From the NCBI RefSeq assembly GCF_964355755.1, contig NC_092671.1, positions 27,478,070 through 27,542,069 on the forward strand: 64,000 nucleotides of DNA, given 5' to 3'. Shown here one piece after another: positions 1 through 11,929 of this stretch. Position 1 is the first letter of the stretch; each line of letters starts with the position of its first letter. This DNA is from Antedon mediterranea (taxonomy: Eukaryota > Animalia > Echinodermata). Position numbers and translations under genes: made by a program. Under the pieces are notes generated by a model. That model made no database searches, was not told where the DNA came from, and was given only the letters and a program-made list of their open reading frames with translations.

Positions 1-299
1 GAGTTCCACTTGTTAATTATTCTTCTATCAAAAAAAATTGTTCCGTTTAGTTGGAAATAACTGAAAGCTAACAGAAAATAAACTGAAAACAACCAAAAGC
101 AAAAGAAAACAAAATAGAAACTAAATAAATACCAAAAAAATAATGTTTATAATTGATTAATGTCGCCGTCTATTAATGACAATGTAAAAGATATTTTAAA
201 TAAAACAAATTTTATAGACAAATTTAATCAAGAACCATCTACTAACTGGATAAAGCCATTTAGGAAAATAATAAACAGGTTGATCATAACGAGTGGTTT

Positions 300-713
300 T
301 CAAAGGCCCAATGCAAAACAACGTTAACAGAATATACTATGTATAAAGGAACTCCAAACCTTGAACAATATTTATTAGATAAAACTAATTTTAAGAGTAT
401 TAATTTAAAATTTAAAGCAAGATCAAACTCTCTAGATCTTGAGGGTCGTAGACAATCCTGGTCAAGTCATAACACAGGATTATGTAAGATGTGTAGTACT
501 AACGAAAAAGAAACAGTAAACCATTTTTTATTTAAATGTCCTTCATTAAACTCTGTTAGAAATGATGTATACTTGGATCTTAAGAACAACCTCATAGACA
601 ATAATTTAAGTATTTACTGGAATAATTTTAATTGTGGATCTCAAGAATTAAAACCCCACTTTATGCTAGACAATTTATTCACTCAAAATGAAACATTAGG
701 AGAAATCTGGTAG
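300..713 (+). mobile_element. Non-LTR retrotransposon ORF2 C-terminal remnant (post-RT Cys/His motif)
   Basis: ORF 339..713 has CKMC...ETVNHFLFKC, the C-x2-C...E-x3-H-x4-C motif typical of LINE ORF2 C-termini; no RT core visible. Confidence 0.65.
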
Positions 714-733
714 CAAAGAGTATTAATCTCTGA

Positions 734-1289
734 TTGAGTGACATCTCAAAACAGGAATGGCGTAACAATGTTTTTTCTAATTCAATGTGTGATAATTATA
801 GATATTTTAGGGATGTTTTAGTATTCGAAAAGTCATTAATTTTACTAAAAGATAATGAAAGGATTGATCTCTGCAGGTTCAGATGTGGGAATCATCGACT
901 TCCGATCTCTAAAAGATACAGTAATGAACACAAAACCAAATGTACTTTATGTAACCAAAACGATACTGGAGACGAATACCACTATTTATTTATTTGCCCC
1001 AAATATACATTCAAAAGTATTATATCACCCGCCCAAATAGAACCAAAATGCACCAATTACTTAATACCAGATCCAAAAAAAAAACTATCAAACTTAGCTA
1101 AATTTATTCATGAAATGTTGTATTTGTTTTAGTTAGATGTTGCTTTTCGATATATCAATTTTGTATAAGACCAAAACAATTATGTCTGGAAGTGTTTAGT
1201 TTGTTATTTTTCAAGATTGAAAGATTGTTCTTTCATACCCTGAAAAGGGTCGTTAAAGAAATAAAGAATCATTGTCATTGTCATTGTCA
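734..1289 (+). mobile_element. 3' end of a second LINE (RTE-X/L2-like) with microsatellite tail
   Basis: ORF 734..1132 has RFRCGNHRLPI...CTLC...GDEYHYLFICP; followed by AATAAA (~1259) and a (CATTGT)3 tail at 1270-1289. Confidence 0.7.
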
Positions 1290-2859
1290 ACGCCATGGCC
1301 TATGGCCTACAGAAAGGAGTATGGTCGAACAAATAAAGTATGGCATGAATATAGGCCAAAAATCATGTACTATAATAAAGTATGGCATGAATATAGGCCA
1401 AAAATCATGTACTATCGAATCTGTATATAAATTATTAATACTTGCGTTCGCTATTTGTATTTTATTATTAATTTACATGATTACATCTCTATTGTATTTA
1501 TACAGTATTGTTTGCATTAGATCAATATAAATTTTATTATTAATTTACATGCGAGTCGAATCTTATATTGTAATTTACATCGAATCTTAATATTTCATTA
1601 TAATTTACGTCTTTGTAGTACAGTATTGCATTATTAATTTACGTTTGCGTGGCAAATGTATTTCATTGGCCATTACATTTCTATCCCGGTTTCTGCCCAG
1701 GCGTGGTTGTTTTATAAGTAATATTATGTAAAGTGTTCATGTCATAGTAATATTTGTTTGTAGATTTATCATTTCAACGTAATAACAATTCAAATAAAGT
1801 TTCGATGTGTTGGACTGTTTGTGTTTTCAATAAAGCAACGCAAATTACAACAGAAATATTGTCTAAAGTTACATGTATTGTCTCAAAGTTGTGTTTGATG
1901 TTGCGCGCATTATCACTCTGCGGTAACATATTCGTCTTCAATGTCTTTGTGTACAGGTCTATTATTGCACAAAAATCACGCACGCCAGTCTTTATGTCCA
2001 TATAAAGTCAGCAATTTTGTAAAATCCACATTACTTCCAATACTGTTATCAAAATGTACGAATGTATAGACTGCCAGCAACCTGTAAGAGAGAACGAAGA
2101 AGGTATGTTATGCAATACCTGTGATCGGTGAACCGGAGTGACGAGAGCAGAGTATTTGCGAGGTGTGAGAGATCGGTAGATTGAGTGGAATTGCAGAGAT
2201 TGTGACCAACCTGATGATGTCGACATGTATGCTGGTGACCTTGGCTATTTCAATGAGCCGGTTGTACACACGTTGAAAATGAGATTGACATCAACCCATT
2301 TCCTGAACCAAATCCGGTTGCCGTTGATGCAGACATAACAGATACGGTTTTATAAGGAACATCTAAACTAAATTAAAATCAAACTGTATATTATATTTGG
2401 GTTAATCCAAATCGTTTTAAGTTTTCATGTTTTGTTAGTACAGTATTTACAAACAAACTCACTTAAAAGCTTATTTCCATTGGAATCATTTTATAATCTA
2501 AACTAGCTATTGTAAAATAAAACATATTGTTTAAAACCGTTATAGGCCGGCGGCCTGAATGGTTATTAAAGTTGGGTGAATTTCCCAAATGAAATAAAAA
2601 TAACAATAGCAAAAAATATCCTTTTTGACTGTATCCTATGTTAATTATCTATACAGGACACCTTGGTTGTCTCGGCTACCAATACTGCAAAAAGGTTGAT
2701 AAACGACGTGCTAATACAACGTGGCGATACGGTTGTCTTCGGACTAGGGCAGTGACTTGCAAAGCAACTGTACTTGAGAAGGATGGAGAATACACTGGAG
2801 GATCCATACATGACCACATCTGTGGTATGAGACTAGGTATGTCATTATTATTATTAATT

Positions 2860-3270
2860 CTATATAACTTAATTAATTTATTCAAATTACGCCACTTCGA
2901 AATACAAAAAAACAAAATTCAATCCGTAAAACAAATTTATTTATTTTTATGTCATATTTGACATTCTATAGTATGTAACTTAATTAATTTATTCAAATTA
3001 TGACACTTAGACATACGAAAAACAAAATTCAATCCGTAAAACAAATTTATTTATTTTTATGTCATATTTGACATTCTATAGTATGTAACTTAATTAATTT
3101 ATTCAAATTATGACACTTAGACATACGAAAAACAAAATTCAATCCGTAAAACAAATTAATTTATTTTTATGTCATGTTTGACATTCTATAGTATGTAACT
3201 TAATTAATTTATTCAAATTATGACACTTAGACATACGAAAAACAACTTATTTTATTTTTATGTCATCTTT
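2860..3270. repeat. 110-bp AT-rich tandem repeat (~3.5 copies)
   Basis: gtatgtaacttaattaatttattc recurs at 2971, 3081 and 3191. Confidence 0.9.
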
Positions 3271-4021
3271 GATATTCTATATTTTATTAAATATATATTC
3301 TGGTATAGTACGAAAGATAGTAATAATATACGGAAAAAAAAAACCCATTTACTAATCAAATCATATTTCTTTTTTTGTAGGACGTGGGAAAGTGGCGACT
3401 GTTCGACGGGATGTCAAGAGAAAAGCTATGGAACGGCCATTTGAGTCTGCTGCAGAGATTGTGGACAGGGTTATGCGAGATGATATTGGTGTGGGACAAG
3501 TTGAACTACATCCGACCTTACCAAAGGCAGGCAAACCAGAAAAGAAAACTATCCAGACCTCGACATCCACCAAACCTCAACTTTGTTCTTCACAAACAAC
3601 ATATCGGCGATGGGTTTTTGCGAGACAATGTTGTGATTGATGTGGCCGTCATATATTGCTAGCAACTGACAGAATGGTAATGCTTGATCATTCCAGAGTC
3701 TGGTAAGTATACTCATTGTCCTATGTTGTTCCTCCCATCTAATCATTCTTTTTACTCGGGGTACCCGAGTCTAGGACTTACTCATTTTCTCCTCTTCTTC
3801 CTCCATCTGGACACTATTGAGTAAAAAGTGCGATTTTTAAAGTACTACTCCTCCCTTATTCGTTGTAGTATTGAGCTGGGATTTGGCATGAACATATTAC
3901 AGGGACATGTCCTCAAAGCTATAGAGCCGGATTTTTAATTTTTTGTTAATTAATTTGTTTAATTAAGAATCCACAATGTGTGACACACACCACAGCATTA
4001 TGTAGTTATATGGTTATATGC

Positions 4022-4093
4022 GGATTCTTGGCGTAGTGGTTATCACGTTTGCTTAACACGCAGAAGGTACCTGGTTCGAGCCCGGACGAAACC
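4022..4093 (+). pseudogene. tRNA-Val(AAC)-like pseudogene copy 1
   Basis: A-box TGGCGTAGTGG, anticodon loop TTAACAC, B-box GGTTCGAGCC, downstream T run; mismatched acceptor stem. Confidence 0.65.
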
Positions 4094-4306
4094 TTTTTTT
4101 AAACGTTATGGTGGAAAGTACTCTATACGCAATATGATAATTATACACAGTATATCTTATTTTTATTATTTTTTTAAATACTTATTTTGTGTAATCGGTA
4201 ATTATCACTTTTACACATGTTTATTTTCCTTTGTGCTTATTACCATATTTATTTGTAATTTAAATGGATTAAAAAACTTTCTTTAACCCACATTTTTAGT
4301 GTAAGT

Positions 4307-4378
4307 GGTTTTCGTAGTGTAGTGGTTGTCAAGTCTGCTTAACACGCAGAAGGTCCCGGTTCGAGCCCTGGCGAAACC
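4307..4378 (+). pseudogene. tRNA-Val(AAC)-like pseudogene copy 2
   Basis: GTAGTGTAGTGG...TCTGC-TTAACAC-GCAGA-AGGTC...GGTTCGAGCC...CGAAACC. Confidence 0.65.
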
Positions 4379-4540
4379 TCGGGTTTCTTTTACTTTATGG
4401 TGAAATAACTGTATACGTCTGTATACAGCTTCTTTCGCTGTACCCCGAGTATTGCACATTCGTGCTTTTTTGTTAATTAATTTGTTTAATTAAGAAGCCA
4501 CAATGTGTGACACACACCACAGCGTTATGTAGTTATATGC

Positions 4541-4611
4541 GGCTTCTTGGCGTAGTGGTTATCACGTTTGCTCAATACGCAGAAGGTACCTGGTTCGAGC
4601 CCGGGCTAAAC
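4541..4611 (+). pseudogene. tRNA-Val-like pseudogene copy 3 (anticodon loop mutated)
   Basis: Duplicate of copy 1 with loop TCAATAC and a broken acceptor stem. Confidence 0.6.
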
Positions 4612-4822
4612 TTTTTTTTTTAAACTTTATGGTGAAAAGTACTGTATACGCAATATGATAATTATACACAGTATATCTTATTATTATTTTTTAAAATACT
4701 TATTTTGTGTAATCGGTAATTATCACTTTTACACATGTTTATTTTGCTTTGTGCTTATTACCATTTATTTGTAATTTAAATGGATTAAAAAACTTTCTGT
4801 AACCCACAATTTTAATGTAAGA

Positions 4823-4893
4823 GGTTTCGTAGTGTAGTGGTTGTCAAGTCTGCTTAACACGCAGAAGGTCCCGGTTCGAGCCCTGGCGAAACC
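4823..4893 (+). tRNA. tRNA-Val(AAC)-like copy 4, best preserved (probably still a pseudogene)
   Basis: Perfect 7-bp acceptor stem GGTTTCG/CGAAACC and anticodon stem TCTGC/GCAGA around AAC; D- and T-stem mismatches; T run follows. Confidence 0.5.
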
Positions 4894-6522
4894 TATTTTT
4901 CTTTAACTTTCTAACTGTATACGTCTGTATACAGCTTCTTTCGCTGTACCCCGAGTATTGCACATTCGTGCTTGTTATTTTTAGATGGTGCATCTAATTT
5001 GCAATTTCTTTACACTTTCAGATATATACGTAGAACGCATCCAGATATTATTCCTAAAAAGATTTTAAAAATTACGAATGTTGTAATAATTATGTTTATT
5101 CTCTTGTGTTGCTTTTTTTTAAACTATGCTGCACCAAAAAGTAAACGCTGAACTAATGTTATGTTATGCATGTTTTCTTATTTTTCTCTTAGGCTATCTT
5201 TAGCAAGGTCCAAGAAGTTGGCCTTCAACGCGCCTACATGCAGGAACCAAATACCAGACTCTAAGTCTGAAAACTGATACCCTTACCGGTTTTGCCATTG
5301 GAGCATGTACCTGCTGGAACAAGTTGCAGGCAACTCACCACTCATATTGGCGATGACGACGTACATGCGAAACTATTGGATTAATGGAGATGTGTTTACG
5401 CCTATGGATTGGAGTGTGTTTCGGCAGCAAAAAACGACAAATAATGATGTAGAAGGGTATCACCAACGCCTTAACCAAAGAGCAAAGAAATGTAAGAATA
5501 ACTTCAAACATTCATTTTGTTGTTTTGTGGGTTTATTTGTTGATCTTATGTAATTTTTAATTGTTTTTTTTATTATCTGCAGCTAATCTACACTTCTACT
5601 TACTTTGTAAGCTGCTATTGGATGAAGGACAGACAGTTGCGATTCATGCAGATTTCGTCGGCAGGGAGGATAACCTACACAATCAATCACGCCATGCTGC
5701 ACGCGCAACGGTCCGCCTGAACCTGCTGTGGGACAAGAGGAACACGAACCGCTAGGGCATTATTGTTGGCTGCCAGTCGCGTTATTAGCCGTAATTAATT
5801 AGTTATTAGTTAGTTAAACTTATTAGTTTAAATTGTATATGTTTAATTTTTATTTTTTTTAGTTAAATATATAATTTTACCTTGATTTACCTTGATCTTG
5901 GAAATCTAAAGCAATGCTTGTGTGTCCCTCCGGTATATTCTATGTTCTATCATATGGGGAAAGGTTTAGTGGGTGGTGTTTCCAAAACTTTTCTAGTCGG
6001 TTTTTAAATTGATTAACATTTGCAGCTTCTATTACATCCTGTTCCATGTGTCGATAATAGAGTTTGTTAAAAATTTCTGCTGTATCCTTAAGTGAGTATG
6101 AGGTTTACTAATTAAGTGTCCTCTGGTTCTAGATTCAGTGGTTAACCTAAAAAAAATCCTCATTGTTACATTTAGTAAAACCTGATTGAAAATGTTCATC
6201 TGGTTTGTAGTAATACTTTATTTGGAAATGTTCTTTTTTCAAACCAATAATTAGTAAGCTAACCCTGACAGTTTCGCTGTCCTGTTCGGACAGCTTCTTC
6301 AGAAATAATGACGATCTATCATCAAACAGATTGACCTCTAGAGGGCCTATTCTGTTTAATGACAGGGTCATACGGCAATGTGATATCAACATTTGTAATG
6401 CATTTTTATATGATAGAAGGCGGCAAACAATAATTTGTTCCGATCAGAGCCATTTCACCTCTGTTAGAAATCTGCACATCAATCGTAATAGCATATAAAT
6501 CTTTTTTATGTGCGTATTTTTT

Positions 6523-8554
6523 AAGACAAGCTTAACGTACGTGCGTGTGGCGTTTGTGGTGCGGATAACTAACTCGTCAAAGTGACGAGTTTCAAGTCTA
6601 GTGCTTCTTTCCTTCTGTCATTTTTGTGCGTCGTGTTTCTCTAAAACGTGTAAACATAACATGTCATAACTTTGTCAACATATGTGCATTTACGTGAAGT
6701 TGTGCACCTCCTATTTTTAAATGACGTCATAGTTACGCAACGTGACTTGCGCGTGATTTTATGATTTTTTTTATATTGATCATAGATTCAAAACCAAGCG
6801 TATTTTTTTTTTTACACTTTGTGAAAATTTAAGTCATATCAAGAGCAAACTTTTTGTAGATAAAAAAGGACATGTTTTACAAGAAGTTACGCGTGCACGC
6901 GCATTTAAAATTTTACACGCGCGGTGTGCACGTAGCGCTAAAAACATATTTTAATTATATTTTTCCAGCCTTTTATAGTAAATTTACCACGTCAAATTGT
7001 ACAATTTGCGCGCGTTTTTATTGAAGAAGTTCAAAAATTCGTCAAAATTATGCCTTTTTTTAAACAGTCATAGATTGTAAACAACGAGGTGAACTTTTTT
7101 TTAATTACATACTCTGGAAGTTGATGAGTTGTAGATATCGGATCATGAATCAATATGGCTAACCGGACATTGTGACATCATCGTATGGCCACACGAATGT
7201 AAAATATAGGATTTTTGTCTCTTTCGTTATTGCTCATCATATTCAATGGAACGCATCACGCCTATCTGTATTCCTTTTTCTCCGAGATAATATTGTCTTG
7301 GTCAATCAACTATCTTACGCATGAGTTAAAAATATTTTAATTTTTATTACGTCAATAGGGCTAAAAATTTTAATTAACAGGGTCATTAATTTCATCTTTA
7401 CAGTAAATTTTAATCTGTTATAGCTCGTAAGAATAAAATGTGATAATCACGATTAAAACGTTTTCAGGAAGCTATGGGATTGTAGATACGAAATCATGTG
7501 AACTTTTCCCCAATCAGATGTTGTGACGTCATCATATGGCCAGTTAAATAAACAAAGTCGTATTTTCATCTCATAGTTCATTACATTTAAAAGAGCACGC
7601 ATCAATATTTCACGTATTCAAATTTCTTCTAAACGTTAATATGTTGTTGCTGAGATAATTACCGAAATTACTACCTTCGCGTTTCATTTTGAAACCGTCA
7701 ACATGTTAAAATTGGAATAAAATACGGGTCCCGTTATTTCACCTATTTTACACTGTTTGTGACATGTATACAGATTATACTATGTATACTATATGACACA
7801 AAATATACAGCATTCAGCACTAACAACACATCATATTCTTCAGTTCAGGTTATAATGCCAATATTTTTCTGTGTGCAAAATTTAAATTGGAACTTGGCAA
7901 AAATTTAATTTATATCATGCGCAAACTTTCTATGGATTAAAAATGGCATGTTTTAAAGAAAGTTACGCGCACACGTGCGTTTGAAATTTCAATATGCAAA
8001 ATATCAATTTCTAATCAACTTTCTACGCGTTTCATGTCATTTTGAGCATTTCAAAAATTCCCACGCGTGGAAGTAGATGAGTTGTAGATATCAAATCATG
8101 CATGAATATGGCTAACCGGACATTGTGACGTCATTGTATGGCCACTTGAATATAAAATATAGGATTTTTGTATCTTTCGTCATAGCTCATCACATTAAAT
8201 AGAGCACATCTCCACTTATCCGTATTCCATTTTCTCCCATTTTTTTGTATTGTCTAAGTTAATCAATTATCTTTCGCATGATTCACCATTTTTAAAATTG
8301 TGATGACGTCATCATGTTCAAAAGCGTCAATAACTTTGGTCACTTATTTTCACCTATTCTGCACTGTATGTAGTACGTATACTGTATATAGTATATACTG
8401 TATATACTTAGACGTGACACAAAATAGAGAGCACACTAACGTTTTTTCAATGGCATAATCGTTTTTCTGTGCGCAATATTCTAACGTATGACGTGCACTT
8501 GGTGTTTGCGCTGTGGATAACCTAACTCGTCCGTAGTGACGAGTTCAAATCTAG
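6523..8554 (+). mobile_element. Helitron/Helentron-type non-autonomous element with hairpin+CTAG module at both ends
   Basis: AACTCGTC..GACGAGTT hairpin followed by CTAG at 6571-6601 and 8524-8554 as ~70-bp direct repeats; internal duplication ~7115-7330 vs ~8069-8280; T-rich flanks. Confidence 0.55.
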
Positions 8555-9253
8555 TTTAGAATTGAGTCGCAGTTAGTATACATGAACGTAATGTTATTTA
8601 TTCTTGTGGTACTTGAAACATTTAAACTTAAATTTTTCTGTAGTTTTAAATTTCTTCTACTCGGCTCTGTCAGTGGTCCGAAAACTATGATGAACTATTT
8701 TATAGTTTCTAATTACGAAGTTTTTTTCTAAGTGCCTTATACTTCTCTCTCTCAGTTTTTGTTCGATCCTTGGATATTTGTACAGATTCTGGCTTTATAT
8801 TTCTCAGTTTTTTTAAGACTTCATAAGGGTGCAGGTCAACTCGGCCCTAAACCGTCTCGGCCAAAGTCAAGTTGGCCCCAAGTCAAGTCGGCCTCAAGTT
8901 AAGTCGGCCTCACGTCAACTCGGCCTCTAAAAAGTAAGGAACGCAAAAAGTGCTAATATAGTAGTTCATTTATTACAATGGCAGGATATAGTATGGTTAT
9001 GGCTACATAATAGACGAAATAAAACCGAAATTTCAATGTAAATTGTTTAAATGTTTGTTAGATCTATTTTTTGATACAAAGATGTTCCCAGAAAGAATCA
9101 AAATATTCTTAGAAGGCCTATTATTATTATATAGATATTATTAGATTAATACAGTAAAATAAAAATGTTTTTTTGTGTATATATTCTCTCTCAAATTATT
9201 AGCAATATGTTACGGTCAAAGTGAATAACTATAATATGTGACAGGGAATAATA

Positions 9254-9417
9254 TCGCCAGTGTAGCATAGCAAAAAGCTATACAAAGCAACCTTATTGCT
9301 ACACATTTCGCCAGTGTAGCATAGCAAAAAGCTATACAAAGCAACCTTATTGCTACACATTTCGCCAGTGTAGCATAGCAAAAAGCTATACAAAGCAACC
9401 TTATTGCTACACATTTC
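9254..9417. repeat. 54-bp tandem repeat, 3 copies
   Basis: tcgccagtgtagcatagcaaaaagctatacaaagcaaccttattgctacacatt repeated three times; explains ORFs 9216..9398 and 9229..9447. Confidence 0.92.
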
Positions 9418-10016
9418 TAAAATTGTGTAGCAAAAAAGACAATACAAAACTATGTATATCGACTAAAAAAACAGTTTGATTAGCAATAATTGCTAAACAA
9501 AATTTTAAAATGAAAATTTTCCCTGCTGTGACAATAAAATGGTATATTATAGTTACAAATTCTTTCACACATTTATTTTTTTTTGGGGTACAATGACGAT
9601 GTCAATCAAACTACCGAAGAGATTATGGAAACAAATTCGAAATGTTCTGTCATGTTAAAGTTCTATTGTAATTGTGCGCTATTCAAATTGTTTTTATTAC
9701 TTTTGTGATTTGATTATAATAGAGAATTCAATGAATACATTTTATGTATGGGAAATTAATCTAAAACACACTGAAGAAATCATCATGGAAAAAATGGTGT
9801 ATTTTTATTTTGTCAAGCATAAAAACTAATCTAAAACACACTGAAGAAATCATCATGAAATAATGGCGTAATTTTATTTTGTCAAGCAAAAACTAAAACA
9901 TCTTGTTTGAGTCCTAAACAACGGAATTCCTAAACAACATACTATTGCCTTAGCATTCTCATCTGTTTTTTTAACACCCACCGCGCCCTGTATTGTTCAA
10001 TAAAATTGATCACCTA

Positions 10017-10801
10017 AAGGAGCATTCCCACAGTACCTGTTCCGTTTCGCGGAACGGAAGACGGTGCCGTTTTTTTTCAACGTGACGCGCGCCCGCTCGC
10101 CGTTCCGTTGTAAACATTCACACCTGTTCCGTTTTGTGACGTATTCCGTGACAATGGGCAAACGTTAAAATGTCAGCCGTTTCTGGATGGTCATCGGATG
10201 ATAGTGAGGAAGAAATTATTCTTTCCGCTATAATTTTAGCAAAAAGAAGGAAAAGAAATGGGTAAACGAGGTCTGTTCCGAAAGAAAGAAATTTGGTCAA
10301 TTTGAAACATTGGTAAAACGTAACTGGCGACCAATGAAGACGAATTCTTCAATTATTTTAGAATGACGCTTTACCAATACGGTCATCTTGTCAGTTTATT
10401 TAAAGATGATATTACAAAACGGGACACAAGATTCCCGATGATAGTAACAACACACACCATGACAAATTCCATGAATCTGTAATTTAATACATTAAAATCA
10501 CAATCACATCCCCTCGCGATCAGAGGTCTCTCCAATTCCCGCCACATTTTTTAACTTCATGACCCTTGACATAATAAACTACGAAACGGGTTATGATTGG
10601 TTAAAGTAGACCGTGTTTCGTTTCCGTTCCGTTTCTATCAAGTTATGAGCGATCTGTCAGTTCCGTTGTTTTTCACCGGCCGTTCATTTTTCACGGAACA
10701 GATTTGGTGTAAACGCTGCTATTGTTTTAACGCTTTTTGATTTTCTAACAAAACGGTGCCGTTCTCCGTTCCGTGAAACAAAACAGGTGTGAATGCCCCT
10801 T
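10017..10801 (+). mobile_element. PIF/Harbinger deletion derivative nested in the foldback element
   Basis: TIRs AGG(A/G)GCATTC(C/A)CAC...GTTTC(G/A)CGGAACGGA at both ends; interior ~10190-10440 encodes a frameshifted transposase N-terminus (WVNEV..ERKKFGQFETLV...EFFNYFRMT...DITKRDTRF). Confidence 0.8.
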
Positions 10802-11929
10802 TAGTCATGAGAATATACAGTAGCCAAATAACACTTATATACAAACGTCAGTCATCATGTGATACTTTGTTTGGAATAACAATACCTTAAAATTAAGAGA
10901 AATAACAACATGGACTGTCATGGAAGCAAATTTCTCTCTTCCCATGGTGTACCGTATTAATTATGATTAATTATGAAGTAGAAACGAAATGAAAATAAAA
11001 ATGTCATACAAAAAAACGGTAAGGCCTATTTGTAAATAATGCACATTCATGTCTGGGTGTGTGTGCATGTAACCTATACCCATAATGCTTATACAATTTG
11101 TATTCTTGCCTTTTGATTTGTTATGATTTTAATGTTATTTTATTCTTTTTATATTGATGTATATATACAGTTGTAGACCGAAGTATATTGTTTAAATATT
11201 ATTCATAAAAATGTCTTTGACAGTTATTTCTGTATACTAAATGTGAAGAAATATTTATTTTTTTCAAACAATATAAATAACTACTACCTATCAATTAAAC
11301 GAAAAATGATCAGGCCCAGTATGTTATAATTTATATTGAATTTTCCATTTATTTTGTCTATTATGTAGGCCCTAGTCCTAACCGTACTGTGATGTTTATC
11401 TTGCCATTATAATATTAACTACTATATTAGCACTTTTTGAGTTCCAAAGTTTTTAGAGGCCGAGTTGACGGATTAGATTTTGGCCGAGTTGACGTGAGGC
11501 CGAGTTGACTTGAGGCCGAGTTGACGTGGGGCCGACTTGACTTGGGGCCGACTTGACTTGGGGCCGACTTGACTTTGGTCGAGACGGTTTAGGACAGAGT
11601 TGGATCGAATTCCTTCATAACATGTACTGACTTGATCCATCTCTACTTTCAAAGGTCTGCATTTTTCTAAATCTCTTTTCCCAAGTCTGTAAACTGCTTT
11701 AACTTCGTACTTTTGTACATCTAATTTGCGACGCAAGATCTCATTTAACTGATCTGTGTCGTCTTGTTTCTGGGTTTTTACTTTGGGATTCCTCAATTCC
11801 ATAAAAAATTAGATAATTATGTATGATGTGTGATATTAAATAAATAAATTGAAAGTTAACAAATTATGACAGCCACTTAGTTATTAGTTAATTAAACTTA
11901 TTAGTTAAAATGTTCAATTTTATTGTTTT

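Larger units (their letters stand above)
3754..4976 (+). mobile_element. Helentron-associated (HINE/DINE-1-like) non-autonomous element with duplicated 3' half
   Basis: Begins in a T run with subterminal IR ACTCGGGGTAC (3754-3764); its inverse GTACCCCGAGT plus a GCAC-ATTC-GTGC hairpin occurs at 4440-4465 and 4946-4971; ends in TT; no TSD. Confidence 0.65.
2050..5760 (+). pseudogene. Decayed, intron-containing Mutator-like (MULE) transposase with PHD-like and FLYWCH-like domains
   Basis: ~2054-2130 reads YECIDCQQPV...MLCNTCDR* (PHD-like); 2657-2835 reads GYQY...TTWR..C...CKATV...HDH (FLYWCH-like); 3392-3660 is a linker; 5305-5490 reads YMRNYWI...DWSVF...TNNDVEGYHQRLN (MULE C-terminal motif). 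Stops and frameshifts present; element ends not found. Confidence 0.7.
8827..11612. mobile_element. Foldback-type DNA transposon (MULE-like, subterminal tandem repeats), 8-bp TSD CTTCATAA
   Basis: TSD at 8819-8826 and 11613-11620; long imperfect TIRs (CAACTC..CCTAAACCGTCTCG.CCAAAGTCAAG) with ~15-bp AAGTCAAGTCGGCCCC-type subrepeats at 8830-8930 and inverted at 11455-11610. Confidence 0.88.
5878..11810 (-). mobile_element. Internally deleted CR1-group LINE interrupted by two younger insertions
   Basis: Minus strand ~5980-6140 gives SRTRGH...WN...VIEAANVNQFKNRLEKFW (CR1 ORF2 end) plus a CAAGGTAAAT-like tail at ~5880; ORF1-like YRLGK...RPLKV (11620-11802) continues in frame at 8826-8710 as EVLKKLRNIK...ISKDRTKTERE once the 8827-11612 insertion is removed. 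Confidence 0.7.

Noticed and set aside
11473-11802. 109-aa ORF as a standalone gene
   Set aside because: Chimera of a LINE ORF1 fragment reading into the TIR of the inserted foldback element
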